Virus record (IMG/VR): IMGVR_UViG_3300043427_001443
Direction: 5' to 3' (one strand)
DNA from: an uncultured virus (IMG/VR IMGVR_UViG_3300043427_001443)
Taxonomy: Duplodnaviria > Heunggongvirae > Uroviricota > Caudoviricetes
Length of the DNA: 64,000 nt
A program made the position numbers and the translations under genes. The notes under the pieces are model-generated. The model saw only the letters and a program-made list of their open reading frames with translations. It was not told where the DNA came from and did no database searches. This document shows positions 48,933-59,227 of this stretch, piece after piece (position 1 is the stretch's first letter; each line of letters opens with the position of its first letter).

Positions 48933-49865
48933 ATGATGTTAGCTTCACAGCTTTGGGTAGAGAAGTATCGCAGTCGCACCATTGACGACTATGTGTTCAC
49001 AGATCCAGCAGTACGCACACAGGTAGAGCACTGGATCGCCGACGGTCGATTTCCACATTTGTTATTGTATGGTCCAGCTGGTACCGGTAAAACCACCTTG
49101 GCCAAATTGTTGATTGGTAATCTAGGCATTGAAGATTCTGATGTGATGATAGCCAATGGCAGCAAAGAAGGTCGTAAAATTGAATGGGTAGATCGGCTGA
49201 TTGGCTTTTGTCAAACCATGCCTTTTGGCCCGTTCAAGGTTGTGCTCATTGACGAAGCTGACTACCTTAACAAGGATTCAGTACAGCCGGCCATGCGTAA
49301 TCTCATGGAAGACTATGCTGACAGTGTACGATTTATCTTAACCTGTAATTATCATAATCGTATTATTCCACCGTTACGTAGTCGTTGTCATGAATTACAC
49401 ATTGACAAAACTGATCAAACTGAATTTACTGCTCGTGCAGCCACGGTGCTGGTCAATGAAAACGTAGAATTTAACCTAGATGACCTAGACAGTTATGTCA
49501 AGGCCACTTACCCAGATCTGCGTAAGTGTTTGAATTTGTTGCAAGCCAACAGTATCACTGGTACTTTAAAAGTGGCTGCTGTGAGCAGTGCTGGTGGTGA
49601 TTTTAGATTAGACGCTGTAAAACTGTTTAAATCTGGTGATGCACGTAAAGCGCGGCAACTGCTGTGTAATCAAGCCAGGCCCGAAGACATGGAAGAAATC
49701 TTTCGCTGGGCCTATGACAACTTGGATCTATGGAGCAACAACGAAGAAGGTCAAGACGAAGCCATTGTGATCATACGTCGTGGCTTGGTTAACCATGTCA
49801 GCTGCGCCGATCCAGAAATCAATCTCAGCGCCACTATCACTGAACTTATTTCAATTGGAAAATAA
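48933..49865 (+). CDS. Clamp loader AAA+ subunit (RFC/gp44-like)
   Basis: LWVEKYR, GPAGTGKTT, IDEAD, FILTCN, LRSRC, DLRK. Confidence 0.92.
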   Translation: MMLASQLWVEKYRSRTIDDYVFTDPAVRTQVEHWIADGRFPHLLLYGPAGTGKTTLAKLLIGNLGIEDSDVMIANGSKEGRKIEWVDRLIGFCQTMPFGPFKVVLIDEADYLNKDSVQPAMRNLMEDYADSVRFILTCNYHNRIIPPLRSRCHELHIDKTDQTEFTARAATVLVNENVEFNLDDLDSYVKATYPDLRKCLNLLQANSITGTLKVAAVSSAGGDFRLDAVKLFKSGDARKARQLLCNQARPEDMEEIFRWAYDNLDLWSNNEEGQDEAIVIIRRGLVNHVSCADPEINLSATITELISIGK

Positions 49866-49867
49866 CA

Positions 49868-50250
49868 TGCGAAACATTTACCTAGTAGCTTACTATTTTA
49901 AACGTCCACGTGACAATCGAGTGCGTACTCAAATTGCCGGTTGGCAAAACAACCAAAACAATGTCAGCTACGATGAACAAGTGGCTGTAACACATAGTCT
50001 ACGTAAACGCGACGAAACCATGGCTAGTATTATTTTGGACATGGTTAATCGACGTGTGGTTAAAAATCGTTGGCAGTCAGGTCGCTCATTTGATGAACTC
50101 TTGGATTATTTTGCCAAGAGCTATCCACAGCATACCACAGAGTTAATGCGAAGCATTGACGCTGCCAGGCCCAATCCAGGCTTGGCCAAAGTCGAAGCTC
50201 CAGTCATCACTGTACCCACTGGGGAAATACGCACTGTAGATACACAATAA
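49868..50250 (+). CDS. Hypothetical protein
   Basis: ATG at 49868. Confidence 0.7.
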
Positions 50251-50258
50251 ATATCTAC

Positions 50259-50504
50259 ATGAATCCAGCCTTTGCTCGCTTACTGAAGAATCGTAAAAAA
50301 CGCGAACGTGATCCTAATGCGCCACCTGCTCCTACCTTGTTAGGACAGGTCAAAGAACTGCGTTTGACCAAAGAAGAACAGGACAGGCAAGGGTTGGAAC
50401 TAGTGGTCATGCGTCAACGTTTGGAATACATGGAAGCCAAAAATAGACGACTAGAAATACAGTTAAAAGACCTAGAAAATTATATACGCAGCAGAATCAA
50501 GTAA
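50259..50504 (+). CDS. Small coiled-coil protein
   Basis: Follows ATAAATA. Confidence 0.65.
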   Translation: MNPAFARLLKNRKKRERDPNAPPAPTLLGQVKELRLTKEEQDRQGLELVVMRQRLEYMEAKNRRLEIQLKDLENYIRSRIK

Positions 50505-50661
50505 CTTAGACCCAATTTAATGTTTTCAAAAAAGAACTTCCCCAGCTGGTGTTGTCAGCAGTGTGGTGAGCACATAGGATGGCTGGGACGTTTTCTCACT
50601 GTGTTATTACCAAAATGGCATCGTTGCCAAAATCATGATAATTCACATTTAGGAATTTAGC

Positions 50662-50877
50662 ATGCCTTACACTACTGTAGAAGTCGAAGTTAATTTAGAT
50701 GATTTTACTACCGAGGATCTAGTAGAAGAATTACGGCATCGTGGCGCCGATCGGCGAGAACTACCCGAGGAGATTATCGAGAAACTAGCACATATACATC
50801 ATGCTAGACTATGTGGACAGCCCTGGGAAAACGACCTAGATCGTTTCCTCAAGGATGTGCTAGGTCGTGCTATTTAG
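50662..50877 (+). CDS. Hypothetical protein
   Basis: VEVNLDDF...L..EL. Confidence 0.6.
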   Translation: MPYTTVEVEVNLDDFTTEDLVEELRHRGADRRELPEEIIEKLAHIHHARLCGQPWENDLDRFLKDVLGRAI

Positions 50878-51674
50878 TTTTCACCATATAATTTAAGCAC
50901 TTCAGCCACGGCGGGATGTCTTTGTACATCTCGTCGGCCAAAATTCACACTGGCTATCATAGCACTGTCGGTGGCCGCAAGGCGTGCTAGAAAATCTCTT
51001 AATCCATTATCGGTATTGAATTTCCGATCCATTTGATTAAGATCACCAGTAACTACTAATTTCGACCCCTCGCTAAGGCGTGTAAGAACCATCTTCATCT
51101 GGTTTGTTGTTGCGTTTTGGGCTTCATCAAAGATGATCCAGCTTCGCTTAAAGTTTCGGCCTCTCATATATGCTAGTGGAGCTATCTCTAAGGTTTGTTC
51201 ATCTAGCATACTCGCGATATCCCGAGTCGAATAGTACTCTTGAACTACATCCATGATGGGCCTGGTCCAAGGCTCCATCTTTTGATATAGGTCACCGGGT
51301 AAAAACCCGTGTTCTTCATCATCTACACCTACTGCTGGCCGTGTAATAATCAGTCGATCGATTTTCCTTTCCTTAAAGGCTTTGATTCCGGCCATTACTG
51401 CTAACATGGTCTTGCCAGTTCCTGCTGGTCCAGTGGCTAATACAATTAGCCTTTGAGGATCTATTAATAAGTCTATATACTCTTCCTGTTTTAGTGTTTT
51501 AGGGATTAAATTAACTGCCTTTTGCTTGTTTTGAACATAACTGTTCATGCCGATTACGTTATTACTAGTCGTGTCGATATCACGAACAGCACGGTTTGAA
51601 TGTGCTCGTCTTTTACCTGCCAAGTCTTTTTCTCCTATGGTATTAATAGATATCATCCTTGAACCCATGTGCAC
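50874..51674 (-). CDS. phoH: PhoH-family ATPase
   Basis: GPAGTGKT, GFLPGDL..KM.PW, PLAYMRGR, DEAQN, GD..Q.D; start uncertain. Confidence 0.93.
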   Translation of the reverse strand: MHMGSRMISINTIGEKDLAGKRRAHSNRAVRDIDTTSNNVIGMNSYVQNKQKAVNLIPKTLKQEEYIDLLIDPQRLIVLATGPAGTGKTMLAVMAGIKAFKERKIDRLIITRPAVGVDDEEHGFLPGDLYQKMEPWTRPIMDVVQEYYSTRDIASMLDEQTLEIAPLAYMRGRNFKRSWIIFDEAQNATTNQMKMVLTRLSEGSKLVVTGDLNQMDRKFNTDNGLRDFLARLAATDSAMIASVNFGRRDVQRHPAVAEVLKLYGEN

Positions 51675-51825
51675 TAGTGCACACAGGTATTTACGGATCA
51701 GAAAAAGCTATTTCTACACCATGAAAATACAGTTTTATTTGAGATAAGTATTTGGCTATCCCCAGACAAAACCCTAGGTACCCCCAAATAGCTAAATAAA
51801 ATAAATAACATAAACGAGAGTACCT

Positions 51826-52380
51826 ATGGTCGCCAAGATCAAAGACATTTTAGATAACACCAAGTCAGTGTACATGACAGACAGTGCACTAGAAAGCCTT
51901 ATGGATTTTGAACGTGTACTAGACGAGTTAGACACTTATGTGTTTGATAATTGGTCTAAAGGCGAACTAGTAGAAGGTCCAATTTATGAAAAATACTTTG
52001 TGACCTGCACTTTTATGTGGCCTTACAGGCTCATGCCTGACCCACGTGGTGGTGAACGCTTGTTAGACTATAACTGTCAAGTAAGATATCGTAAAACACA
52101 TTTTGAATACCCGGTGGTAGTCAAAGATCAAGATGATTTCAGACCAGGTACACGTCATCCTAAAATGGTCAAGCGACCAGTGTGGTTAGTGGAAATAGTC
52201 ATGCCTAAACAACTAATGCGTGACATTGAGCGTGGCAGTATTGAACTAGAATCAGAAACCGTGGACCTAGAAGACATTGAACAAGCCTATGAAGTAGGTC
52301 TAGATGATGATGTCTATAAACAAGATGAAGATGAAAATGCACAACAACCAACTGCTCCAGCAGCCCAACCCGCTATCTGA
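51826..52380 (+). CDS. Late hypothetical protein
   Basis: ORF after tandem TAAATA motifs. Confidence 0.75.
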   Translation: MVAKIKDILDNTKSVYMTDSALESLMDFERVLDELDTYVFDNWSKGELVEGPIYEKYFVTCTFMWPYRLMPDPRGGERLLDYNCQVRYRKTHFEYPVVVKDQDDFRPGTRHPKMVKRPVWLVEIVMPKQLMRDIERGSIELESETVDLEDIEQAYEVGLDDDVYKQDEDENAQQPTAPAAQPAI

Positions 52381-52915
52381 AGGCCTCGAAGCCCAAGACC
52401 TTAAACGCTTGGTTAATACTCGCGTAACCATTGACGAGTATAAAAGCAAGGTTGGCTCAGACGAAGAAATAGTGGTTGTGAGTTTTATGGTACAAGGCAA
52501 AGATCCAGCCTTGGACTTGGTTAGTTTTGTAGAAAAAAGTTATGATTGGGTCATTGATGCTGATGCCAGCTCCGGTGAACTAGAAGATGGCAGCTATGTG
52601 GTATTCATTGAAATGGACCGCAATCAAGAGATTCCTGCTAATCTAGCACAGTTATTTGCAGATCTTGAACCATTGACCGACCTCAGCATAGAGGATTGGT
52701 CTGTGGTGTATGCTAAGCCAGAACGTGAAGGCACTGCTGATCAAGAAAGTCTAGCCAGTATTATACCATTATCGCCCGAAGCTTATCGTGGTTTACAGCA
52801 ACAAGAAAAAACAGAATTAGATCAGCTGAAAACAGCAGCTGGCATCAAAGTAGAAACACGAGCACCAAAAAATGATTTTACAGAGAGTCTGCGTATAGCT
52901 GCTGGTATACGTTAG
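52337..52915 (+). CDS. Late hypothetical protein
   Basis: IDEYKSK.G...; leader ending in LSE|G. Confidence 0.7.
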   Translation: MHNNQLLQQPNPLSEGLEAQDLKRLVNTRVTIDEYKSKVGSDEEIVVVSFMVQGKDPALDLVSFVEKSYDWVIDADASSGELEDGSYVVFIEMDRNQEIPANLAQLFADLEPLTDLSIEDWSVVYAKPEREGTADQESLASIIPLSPEAYRGLQQQEKTELDQLKTAAGIKVETRAPKNDFTESLRIAAGIR

Positions 52916-52937
52916 ACATCAAGGGGGTATTTCGATT

Positions 52938-53477
52938 ATGGACCAACTTTTATTTTTATTTCAGTTTTTCCCTGACATAATGTGGCATATCTTGCTACTA
53001 GTCACTGGGTTATTAACCTTTTTATGTGTGGGATTTAATTTTGTCCCTTACCGATTGCCTGTTGGTGCACTGGCAGGCATAATCTTTATAATGAGCGTTT
53101 GGATGGAAGGTGTTATCAGCAACGAAGCCAAGTGGCAAGCTGAACTAGATGCCATGAGAATCGCACTGTCTGAAGCTGAAAAGAAAGCCACACAAAAGAA
53201 TGTAGAAATACAAGAAAAGGTAGTGTACAAAGACAAAATCATCAAAGAAAAAGGTGCAGCTCAAATTCAGTACATTGATCGTATCGTACAAGGTGATACC
53301 ATCAAAGAAACCGTAGTCAAAGACATGACTCCTGAACAACGTGCAGAGTTTGAAAAGAAAGTTGCTGAACTACAAACATCGATTAAAAATTGTCCTGTGC
53401 CCAAGATTGTTATAGAAGAACACAACAAGGCAGCTATCCGAGCCATCAATGACGCAGCCAAAGGAGAAAAGAAATGA
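52938..53477 (+). CDS. Inner-membrane spanin-like protein
   Basis: TM, coiled coil, Cys; sits before a lipoprotein and the endolysin. Confidence 0.65.
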   Translation: MDQLLFLFQFFPDIMWHILLLVTGLLTFLCVGFNFVPYRLPVGALAGIIFIMSVWMEGVISNEAKWQAELDAMRIALSEAEKKATQKNVEIQEKVVYKDKIIKEKGAAQIQYIDRIVQGDTIKETVVKDMTPEQRAEFEKKVAELQTSIKNCPVPKIVIEEHNKAAIRAINDAAKGEKK

Positions 53478-53764
53478 GATACATTTTGATTGCTCTAATG
53501 GCATTGGTCATCACTGGGTGTACTGTAAAGAAGCCAGTACTAATGATGCCTGAGTTTCCTACACCTATCAAAGAGCTTACTGAAAAGTGCAATGAGCTTA
53601 AATTAATAGAAGCAGACGCTGTGGCTATCACAGAAATGCTAAAAACCATTGTGCATAACTACACACTGTATCATCAGTGCAGTTTGAAAGTCGATGGATG
53701 GAACGAGTGGTACACAGAACAGAAAAAGATCTACGATGAACTACGTAGCAAAGGCAAACAATGA
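53474..53764 (+). CDS. Outer-membrane spanin-like lipoprotein
   Basis: Lipobox ITGC, Pro-rich, NY..Y..C. Confidence 0.7.
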   Translation: MRYILIALMALVITGCTVKKPVLMMPEFPTPIKELTEKCNELKLIEADAVAITEMLKTIVHNYTLYHQCSLKVDGWNEWYTEQKKIYDELRSKGKQ

Positions 53765-54384
53765 GCGATTTTATTTTATCCAAAGAACAACTAGCACAAT
53801 TGATTCCAGGCAATCCTTACGTGGATTATTGGCACTCAGCCATGGAACGCTGTTTGCCGGACTATGACATCAATACACCGAAGCGTGTAGCAGCATTTAT
53901 GGCGCAGTGCGGACATGAGTCAGGCAATTTTAAGTTTCTAAAAGAAAATCTAAAATATCGCGCTCAAAGCCTGGTCAAAGTTTGGCCCAGATATTTTCCT
54001 AACATGGACATTGCCAATCAGTATGCTGGCAAGGAAGAAATGATTGCCAATCGTGCTTATGCTAATCGCATGGGCAATGGTCCAGAAGAGTCCGGAGACG
54101 GCTGGCGCTTTTGTGGTCGAGGATTAATTCAGCTTACAGGACGCAACAACTATCAGTCCTTTGCTGACAGCATCGAAACTGACATTAACGATATTCCTGC
54201 ATACCTAGGTACCTTTGAAGGCGCTGTACAATCAGCTTGTTGGTTTTGGGAAACTAATAATCTTAACAAATTTGCTGATGCCGGAGACATGCTGAATTTA
54301 ACCAAACGCATCAATGGCGGAACACTGGGCCTAGACGATCGCATCAAGCACTATCAACATGCATTACATGTTTTAGGAGTTTAG
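53761..54384 (+). CDS. GH19 endolysin
   Basis: AAFMAQCGHES, ENL.Y, GRGLIQLTGR.NY, TKRINGG..GL.DR. Confidence 0.93.
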   Translation: MSDFILSKEQLAQLIPGNPYVDYWHSAMERCLPDYDINTPKRVAAFMAQCGHESGNFKFLKENLKYRAQSLVKVWPRYFPNMDIANQYAGKEEMIANRAYANRMGNGPEESGDGWRFCGRGLIQLTGRNNYQSFADSIETDINDIPAYLGTFEGAVQSACWFWETNNLNKFADAGDMLNLTKRINGGTLGLDDRIKHYQHALHVLGV

Positions 54385-54385
54385 C

Positions 54386-54949
54386 ATGGGAATATTTTCT
54401 AAAAAGAAAGGAACAGTGAAAGTGGCCGAAGAAGAAAAGAAAGAAGACGCAGTTGAACCAAAATCAGCTGAAAAGAAACAAGAAGATTGGATGAATTCAA
54501 AATGGCGTCCAGCTATGGGTTGGATGTACATGATGGTTTGTGTGTTTGATTTTATTGTATTCCCCATCATGTTCACCATTGTGCAGTTTTGGGAAACCGA
54601 AGCTGCCAATGATGCATTTCGCCAATGGCAACCACTTACTCTAGCTGGAGCAGGCTTGTTCCATATGGCCATGGGTGCTGTACTAGGTTTGAGTGCTTGG
54701 GGACGTACACAAGAAAAGCTAAATGGTGCCAACAACGGTGGCATGCAACCAGTTAGTCAAAGTGTAACTACTACATATGGTGCAGCACCTAGTGGTGGAG
54801 GAATGGGAAATTTCTCAAGCGCCCCGGCGGATAATTTTGGTGCCAGCGCCGGCGGCTTTGGGGCACCTCAACCAAACAACTGGGGACAGGTAGTAACCGG
54901 CTTCGGCGGCAAGCCTGCTCCAGTGGAACCACCCAGAGAATGGATTTAA
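54386..54949 (+). CDS. Holin (WRP.MGW type)
   Basis: KWRPAMGW, two TM segments, GRTQEK. Confidence 0.7.
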   Translation: MGIFSKKKGTVKVAEEEKKEDAVEPKSAEKKQEDWMNSKWRPAMGWMYMMVCVFDFIVFPIMFTIVQFWETEAANDAFRQWQPLTLAGAGLFHMAMGAVLGLSAWGRTQEKLNGANNGGMQPVSQSVTTTYGAAPSGGGMGNFSSAPADNFGASAGGFGAPQPNNWGQVVTGFGGKPAPVEPPREWI

Positions 54950-54958
54950 GGAGCAATC

Positions 54959-55339
54959 ATGCAATTAGTTAAAGGTCTTGTAGTAGTATTATTTGGTGCC
55001 TTATTGGCTACCAACCTTAGTGCTTGCAGCAAAGAAGCCAAGCCCGGTGATGCCGGCAAAGCAGCCAAAGCAGCAACATCAAGTTCAGCTGCTCCAGCTG
55101 CTGAGCCTGTTAAGCCTGTTGAACCTGCCAAGGTTTCGGAACCTGCCAAAGCAGCCGAAAAGAAGGATGAAGGTGCCGATCGTGCAGGCAAAGGCGAAAT
55201 GAAAGAAGTTTGTCATGACAAAATTGGCAAGGATGGTCAGCCGGTGTTAGACAAAGAAGGCAAAGCAGTACGTGATTGTAAAATGATCCGTGTGCGCCAG
55301 AAATTAGAAGCTCACGAAATTCCACCAGCCAAGAAGTAA
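54959..55339 (+). CDS. Ala/Pro/Lys-rich lipoprotein
   Basis: Lipobox LSAC; two-Cys C-terminal domain. Confidence 0.7.
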   Translation: MQLVKGLVVVLFGALLATNLSACSKEAKPGDAGKAAKAATSSSAAPAAEPVKPVEPAKVSEPAKAAEKKDEGADRAGKGEMKEVCHDKIGKDGQPVLDKEGKAVRDCKMIRVRQKLEAHEIPPAKK

Positions 55340-55412
55340 TCAAGTTTGACATTACCCAAAAGGTATAGTATTATTAATACTGTACCTTTTTCTGTTTACG
55401 ATATATACATAT

Positions 55413-56246
55413 ATGAAGGACTATTTTAATATACTAGGTGTAGATCCCGGAGCCAGCGAAGATGATATTCGCCGGGCTTATAAACGTCTGGCCATGCAGC
55501 ATCATCCGGACCGTGGTGGCGATCAAGGCAAATTCCAAGAGATTCAAGAAGCACACAGTGTGTTAACCGATCCGGGTCGTAGAGCGCAATGGGAGCAACA
55601 ACGTGCGTTTAGTCAAGGTGGACATCCAGGAAATTTTGGATTTCATTTTAATTTCGGGCCAGACCTTAATGACATACTGCGTCAATTCCACGGTAATCAT
55701 CCATTCGGCGGTATGTTTAAACAACCGCAGCGCAATAGAGATCTTAGAGCCACTGTAGAATTGGATCTTCAAAGTACCATGACTGCTCAAGAGCGCCATA
55801 TAGAAATCAGGCACATGAATGGACTGGTACGCACAGTCAAGATTGATATTCCACGTGGTATACAAACAGGCATGCAGATGCGCTGTGCAGGCCATGGCGA
55901 TCACAGTAATAACACACTACCAGCTGGTGATCTTTATGTGGATTTTGTGGTGCTTACACCGCCAAATTTCAGCATTGATGGCACTAATTTGCGTCAAAAA
56001 GTCACCATAAATTGCTTAGATGCCATACTGGGTACTAAGATAACTGTCGACAGTGTAGACAGTAAACAATTTGAAATCAACATACCCCCGGGTACCCAAC
56101 ATGGTACTCAATTTAGAATGGCCCAATGTGGGCTATGGGACGTGAATCATCCCACTAGAGGTGATATGTTTGTGGAAGTTGAACTCAGCGTTCCACGCAC
56201 TATCACTGCCGATCAACTTGAAAGACTATATAAACTAGGTCCATAA
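55413..56246 (+). CDS. dnaJ: DnaJ/CbpA-type co-chaperone
   Basis: J domain with HPD, G/F region, C-terminal domains, no Zn finger. Confidence 0.9.
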   Translation: MKDYFNILGVDPGASEDDIRRAYKRLAMQHHPDRGGDQGKFQEIQEAHSVLTDPGRRAQWEQQRAFSQGGHPGNFGFHFNFGPDLNDILRQFHGNHPFGGMFKQPQRNRDLRATVELDLQSTMTAQERHIEIRHMNGLVRTVKIDIPRGIQTGMQMRCAGHGDHSNNTLPAGDLYVDFVVLTPPNFSIDGTNLRQKVTINCLDAILGTKITVDSVDSKQFEINIPPGTQHGTQFRMAQCGLWDVNHPTRGDMFVEVELSVPRTITADQLERLYKLGP

Positions 56247-56254
56247 AGGTAACT

Positions 56255-58567
56255 ATGAACTCGCCCATGCGTAACAACAGCGAAATTGAAGAAATCATTC
56301 AACGAGCTGGTGAAATGGCCAAATTCATGAATCATGAATATGTAACACTAGAACATTTGACACTGGCTATTTTTCAGTATAAACCTTTTCAAGACATTGT
56401 TAGAAAACTTAAAATTGATGTAGATGGTTTGATCAATGATCTTGACAACTACATACAACGCCAAACTCACTTGGTAGTAGACAATGACATGCCACCACGC
56501 AAGACCATGAGTCTGGAGCGTGTGTTTAATCGTGCACTTACACAGGTCTTGTTTCAAAGCCAGAAATGGATCAGAATCAGTGATCTGCTACTCAGTATCA
56601 GCATAGAACAAAACAGTCATGCAGCATACTTTATGGCTCGTGCAGGCTTAGATAAAAATGCCATTGTATATCTTTATCGCAAGTTGGCCACTGAGTTAGA
56701 TGAAAACAGTGTGAATGTCAACAATACCAAAGAAGCTGATGGTATTCTGGCAGAACACTGTACCAATCTCAATGAACAAGCACGTGAAGGGCGCATTGAT
56801 CCCATTATCGGCCGTGACACAGAATTACAAGAAATAGCCGAAATCATGGCCAAGCGCAACAAGGCCAATGTACTATTAGTGGGCGATCCTGGTGTGGGCA
56901 AAACCATGTTAGCTGAAGGTTTGGCACGCAACATTGTAAATGGTGATGTACCAGAATACCTTAAACCTTACACTGTGTATAACCTAGATATTGGTAAGCT
57001 ATTGGCCGGCAGCAAGTATCGCGGCGACTTTGAGGAAAAGCTCAAGAATGTGATCAAGGCATTAGAAGTCAAAGAACGTGCTATATTGTTTATTGACGAA
57101 GCACACCAGATGCGCGGCGCAGGTGGTAACAGCAACAATGGTAGTTTGGACTTTGGTAACATGATCAAGCCTGCGCTAACACGTGGTAAGATCAAGGTCT
57201 TGGCCAGTACTACCTGGGAAGAATACACGCAGAGCTTTGAAAAAGATCGTGCACTGATGCGTAGGTTTTATCGACTGGCCATAGAAGAACCCACTGCCGC
57301 AGTGGCCAAGAAAATCCTACGTGGTATAAAATCACAGTATGAGCGTTTTCACAATTTGCACATCACCGACGATGCCATTGACTCAGCAGTGGATTTCAGT
57401 GTGCGTTATCAAGCAGATCGTAAACTGCCTGACAAGGCCATTGATCTTATTGACACTGCTGCTGCCAGAGAGCGCATCAAAGCCAATGCAGATGCTGTGA
57501 TCGATCGAGTACATATTGTAAGTGCTATTAGTCGTGCTACCAAAATTCCCGTAGATCAAATTGGCACTGAAGCCAAACCTAATAGCTTGTTTGACATGGA
57601 AGCTGTGATTCGCACAAATCTTCATGGTCAAGATTCTGCTGTGAACACAGTGTTAGAAAAGATCTATGTGGCCAAAGCTGGTTTAAAATCTATCAACAAG
57701 CCCATGGGCAGTTTTCTGTTTCTAGGACCCACTGGCACTGGTAAGACTGAACTGGCCAAGTTGCTGGCACAAGGCCTTAACATGCGTCTGCTGCGATATG
57801 ACATGAGTGAATACCAAGAAAAGCACACAGTGGCCAAGCTAATCGGAGCACCTCCTGGTTACGTAGGTTATGATGACGGTAACATCGGTGGAGGATTGTT
57901 GATCAGTGCCATTGAAAAGAATCCCAATAGTATAGTGCTATTTGATGAAATTGAAAAGGCACATCCTGATGTCAGCAATGTGCTGCTGCAATTCATGGAC
58001 GAAGGTTTTATTACCAGCAGCAATGGCAAACGTGCTGATGCTCGTAACTGTATACTGATAATGACTTCTAACCTAGGTGCACAAGACAACGAACGCAATA
58101 CCATTGGGTTCTCTACAGATCTTGCTCGTACTGGTGAAGATGATCGTGCAGTTAAAGAGTTTTTCAGACCTGAGTTCCGAAATAGATTAGATGCCATCTG
58201 TAAGTTTAAACATCTAGATAGTCAGAGCATGACCAAGATTGTAGACAAGTTTATCACCGAGTTGAATGTATTGCTCAGTGAAAGACATATCAAAATACGC
58301 TTAACAGACGCAGCCGTACAGCATGTACTCAAGCTAGGATTTGATCGTAAGATGGGCGCACGACCCTTAGCTAGAACTATCAATGACTTGATCAAGGTAC
58401 CTGTCAGTAAAAAGATCTTGTTTGATGGTGTGTTGGACCGTTCAATAATCACAGTGGATTTGGTTGACAATCAGTTGACCTTTGATACTATCTTGTGTAA
58501 TATCTATCCAGCCTTGGAGGCAAATACATCAAATGTGGACGAAAACGGATTTATCACGGTGGCATGA
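56255..58567 (+). CDS. clpA: ClpA AAA+ unfoldase
   Basis: Two Walker A motifs (GDPGVGKT, GPTGTGKT), GAPPGYVG, IGF loop, no ClpB middle domain. Confidence 0.93.
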   Translation: MNSPMRNNSEIEEIIQRAGEMAKFMNHEYVTLEHLTLAIFQYKPFQDIVRKLKIDVDGLINDLDNYIQRQTHLVVDNDMPPRKTMSLERVFNRALTQVLFQSQKWIRISDLLLSISIEQNSHAAYFMARAGLDKNAIVYLYRKLATELDENSVNVNNTKEADGILAEHCTNLNEQAREGRIDPIIGRDTELQEIAEIMAKRNKANVLLVGDPGVGKTMLAEGLARNIVNGDVPEYLKPYTVYNLDIGKLLAGSKYRGDFEEKLKNVIKALEVKERAILFIDEAHQMRGAGGNSNNGSLDFGNMIKPALTRGKIKVLASTTWEEYTQSFEKDRALMRRFYRLAIEEPTAAVAKKILRGIKSQYERFHNLHITDDAIDSAVDFSVRYQADRKLPDKAIDLIDTAAARERIKANADAVIDRVHIVSAISRATKIPVDQIGTEAKPNSLFDMEAVIRTNLHGQDSAVNTVLEKIYVAKAGLKSINKPMGSFLFLGPTGTGKTELAKLLAQGLNMRLLRYDMSEYQEKHTVAKLIGAPPGYVGYDDGNIGGGLLISAIEKNPNSIVLFDEIEKAHPDVSNVLLQFMDEGFITSSNGKRADARNCILIMTSNLGAQDNERNTIGFSTDLARTGEDDRAVKEFFRPEFRNRLDAICKFKHLDSQSMTKIVDKFITELNVLLSERHIKIRLTDAAVQHVLKLGFDRKMGARPLARTINDLIKVPVSKKILFDGVLDRSIITVDLVDNQLTFDTILCNIYPALEANTSNVDENGFITVA

Positions 58568-59219
58568 TCTAAGCCCAGCTATAAACATAGTGCCTACTAG
58601 TAAAAAGTTTTATGGGTGCTATTCGCATAAAATGGTGTTCACTGTGGCAAATAGTTATCTTATAACCAAGTATGGTGGCACAACACTGGATTGGCTAACA
58701 GCAAAACCGCAATCAGGTTCAGATAACCTTGACACGCTACGATGTTTTCGCAGTGTATTACGTGCCCCTGATTCAGGATTTAGACTACGCAGCGAAGGCA
58801 GCACTCTTGGTGTGTTTCACACAGATATTGATTTTATGTACGACACTGTGATCAATAAACTGCGACCATATGCACATCGCCTAAAATTAGTTAGCACAGT
58901 AACCAGTCAAGCTCAACACGACGCACTAGAAAACAATTACATTATAACCAATCAACCCACAGACTATCCTTGGCGTGTTTATGTGCGCGACGGTTTCTAT
59001 CGTGACTTTAAAGAACGAGTAGCCTTGGCCGCGTATTTAGAAAACATAGGAGATCAAGCTCGAGTAAGCAAATATTTTATCAAGGACCTCAAAGGGACCA
59101 ATAAATATCTTAAGGGTAATTATTTTCATGTCAAAGATCCAAGATTAGTTGACATGCTGCATTTAATCATGCCTAAGATAGTAAGATCGGTTCAACAAGT
59201 AGTAACAATATCAACTTAA
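58533..59219 (+). CDS. Hypothetical protein
   Basis: ORF; start probably at MWTKTDL. Confidence 0.65.
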   Translation: MWTKTDLSRWHDLSPAINIVPTSKKFYGCYSHKMVFTVANSYLITKYGGTTLDWLTAKPQSGSDNLDTLRCFRSVLRAPDSGFRLRSEGSTLGVFHTDIDFMYDTVINKLRPYAHRLKLVSTVTSQAQHDALENNYIITNQPTDYPWRVYVRDGFYRDFKERVALAAYLENIGDQARVSKYFIKDLKGTNKYLKGNYFHVKDPRLVDMLHLIMPKIVRSVQQVVTIST

Positions 59220-59227
59220 AGAAATTT

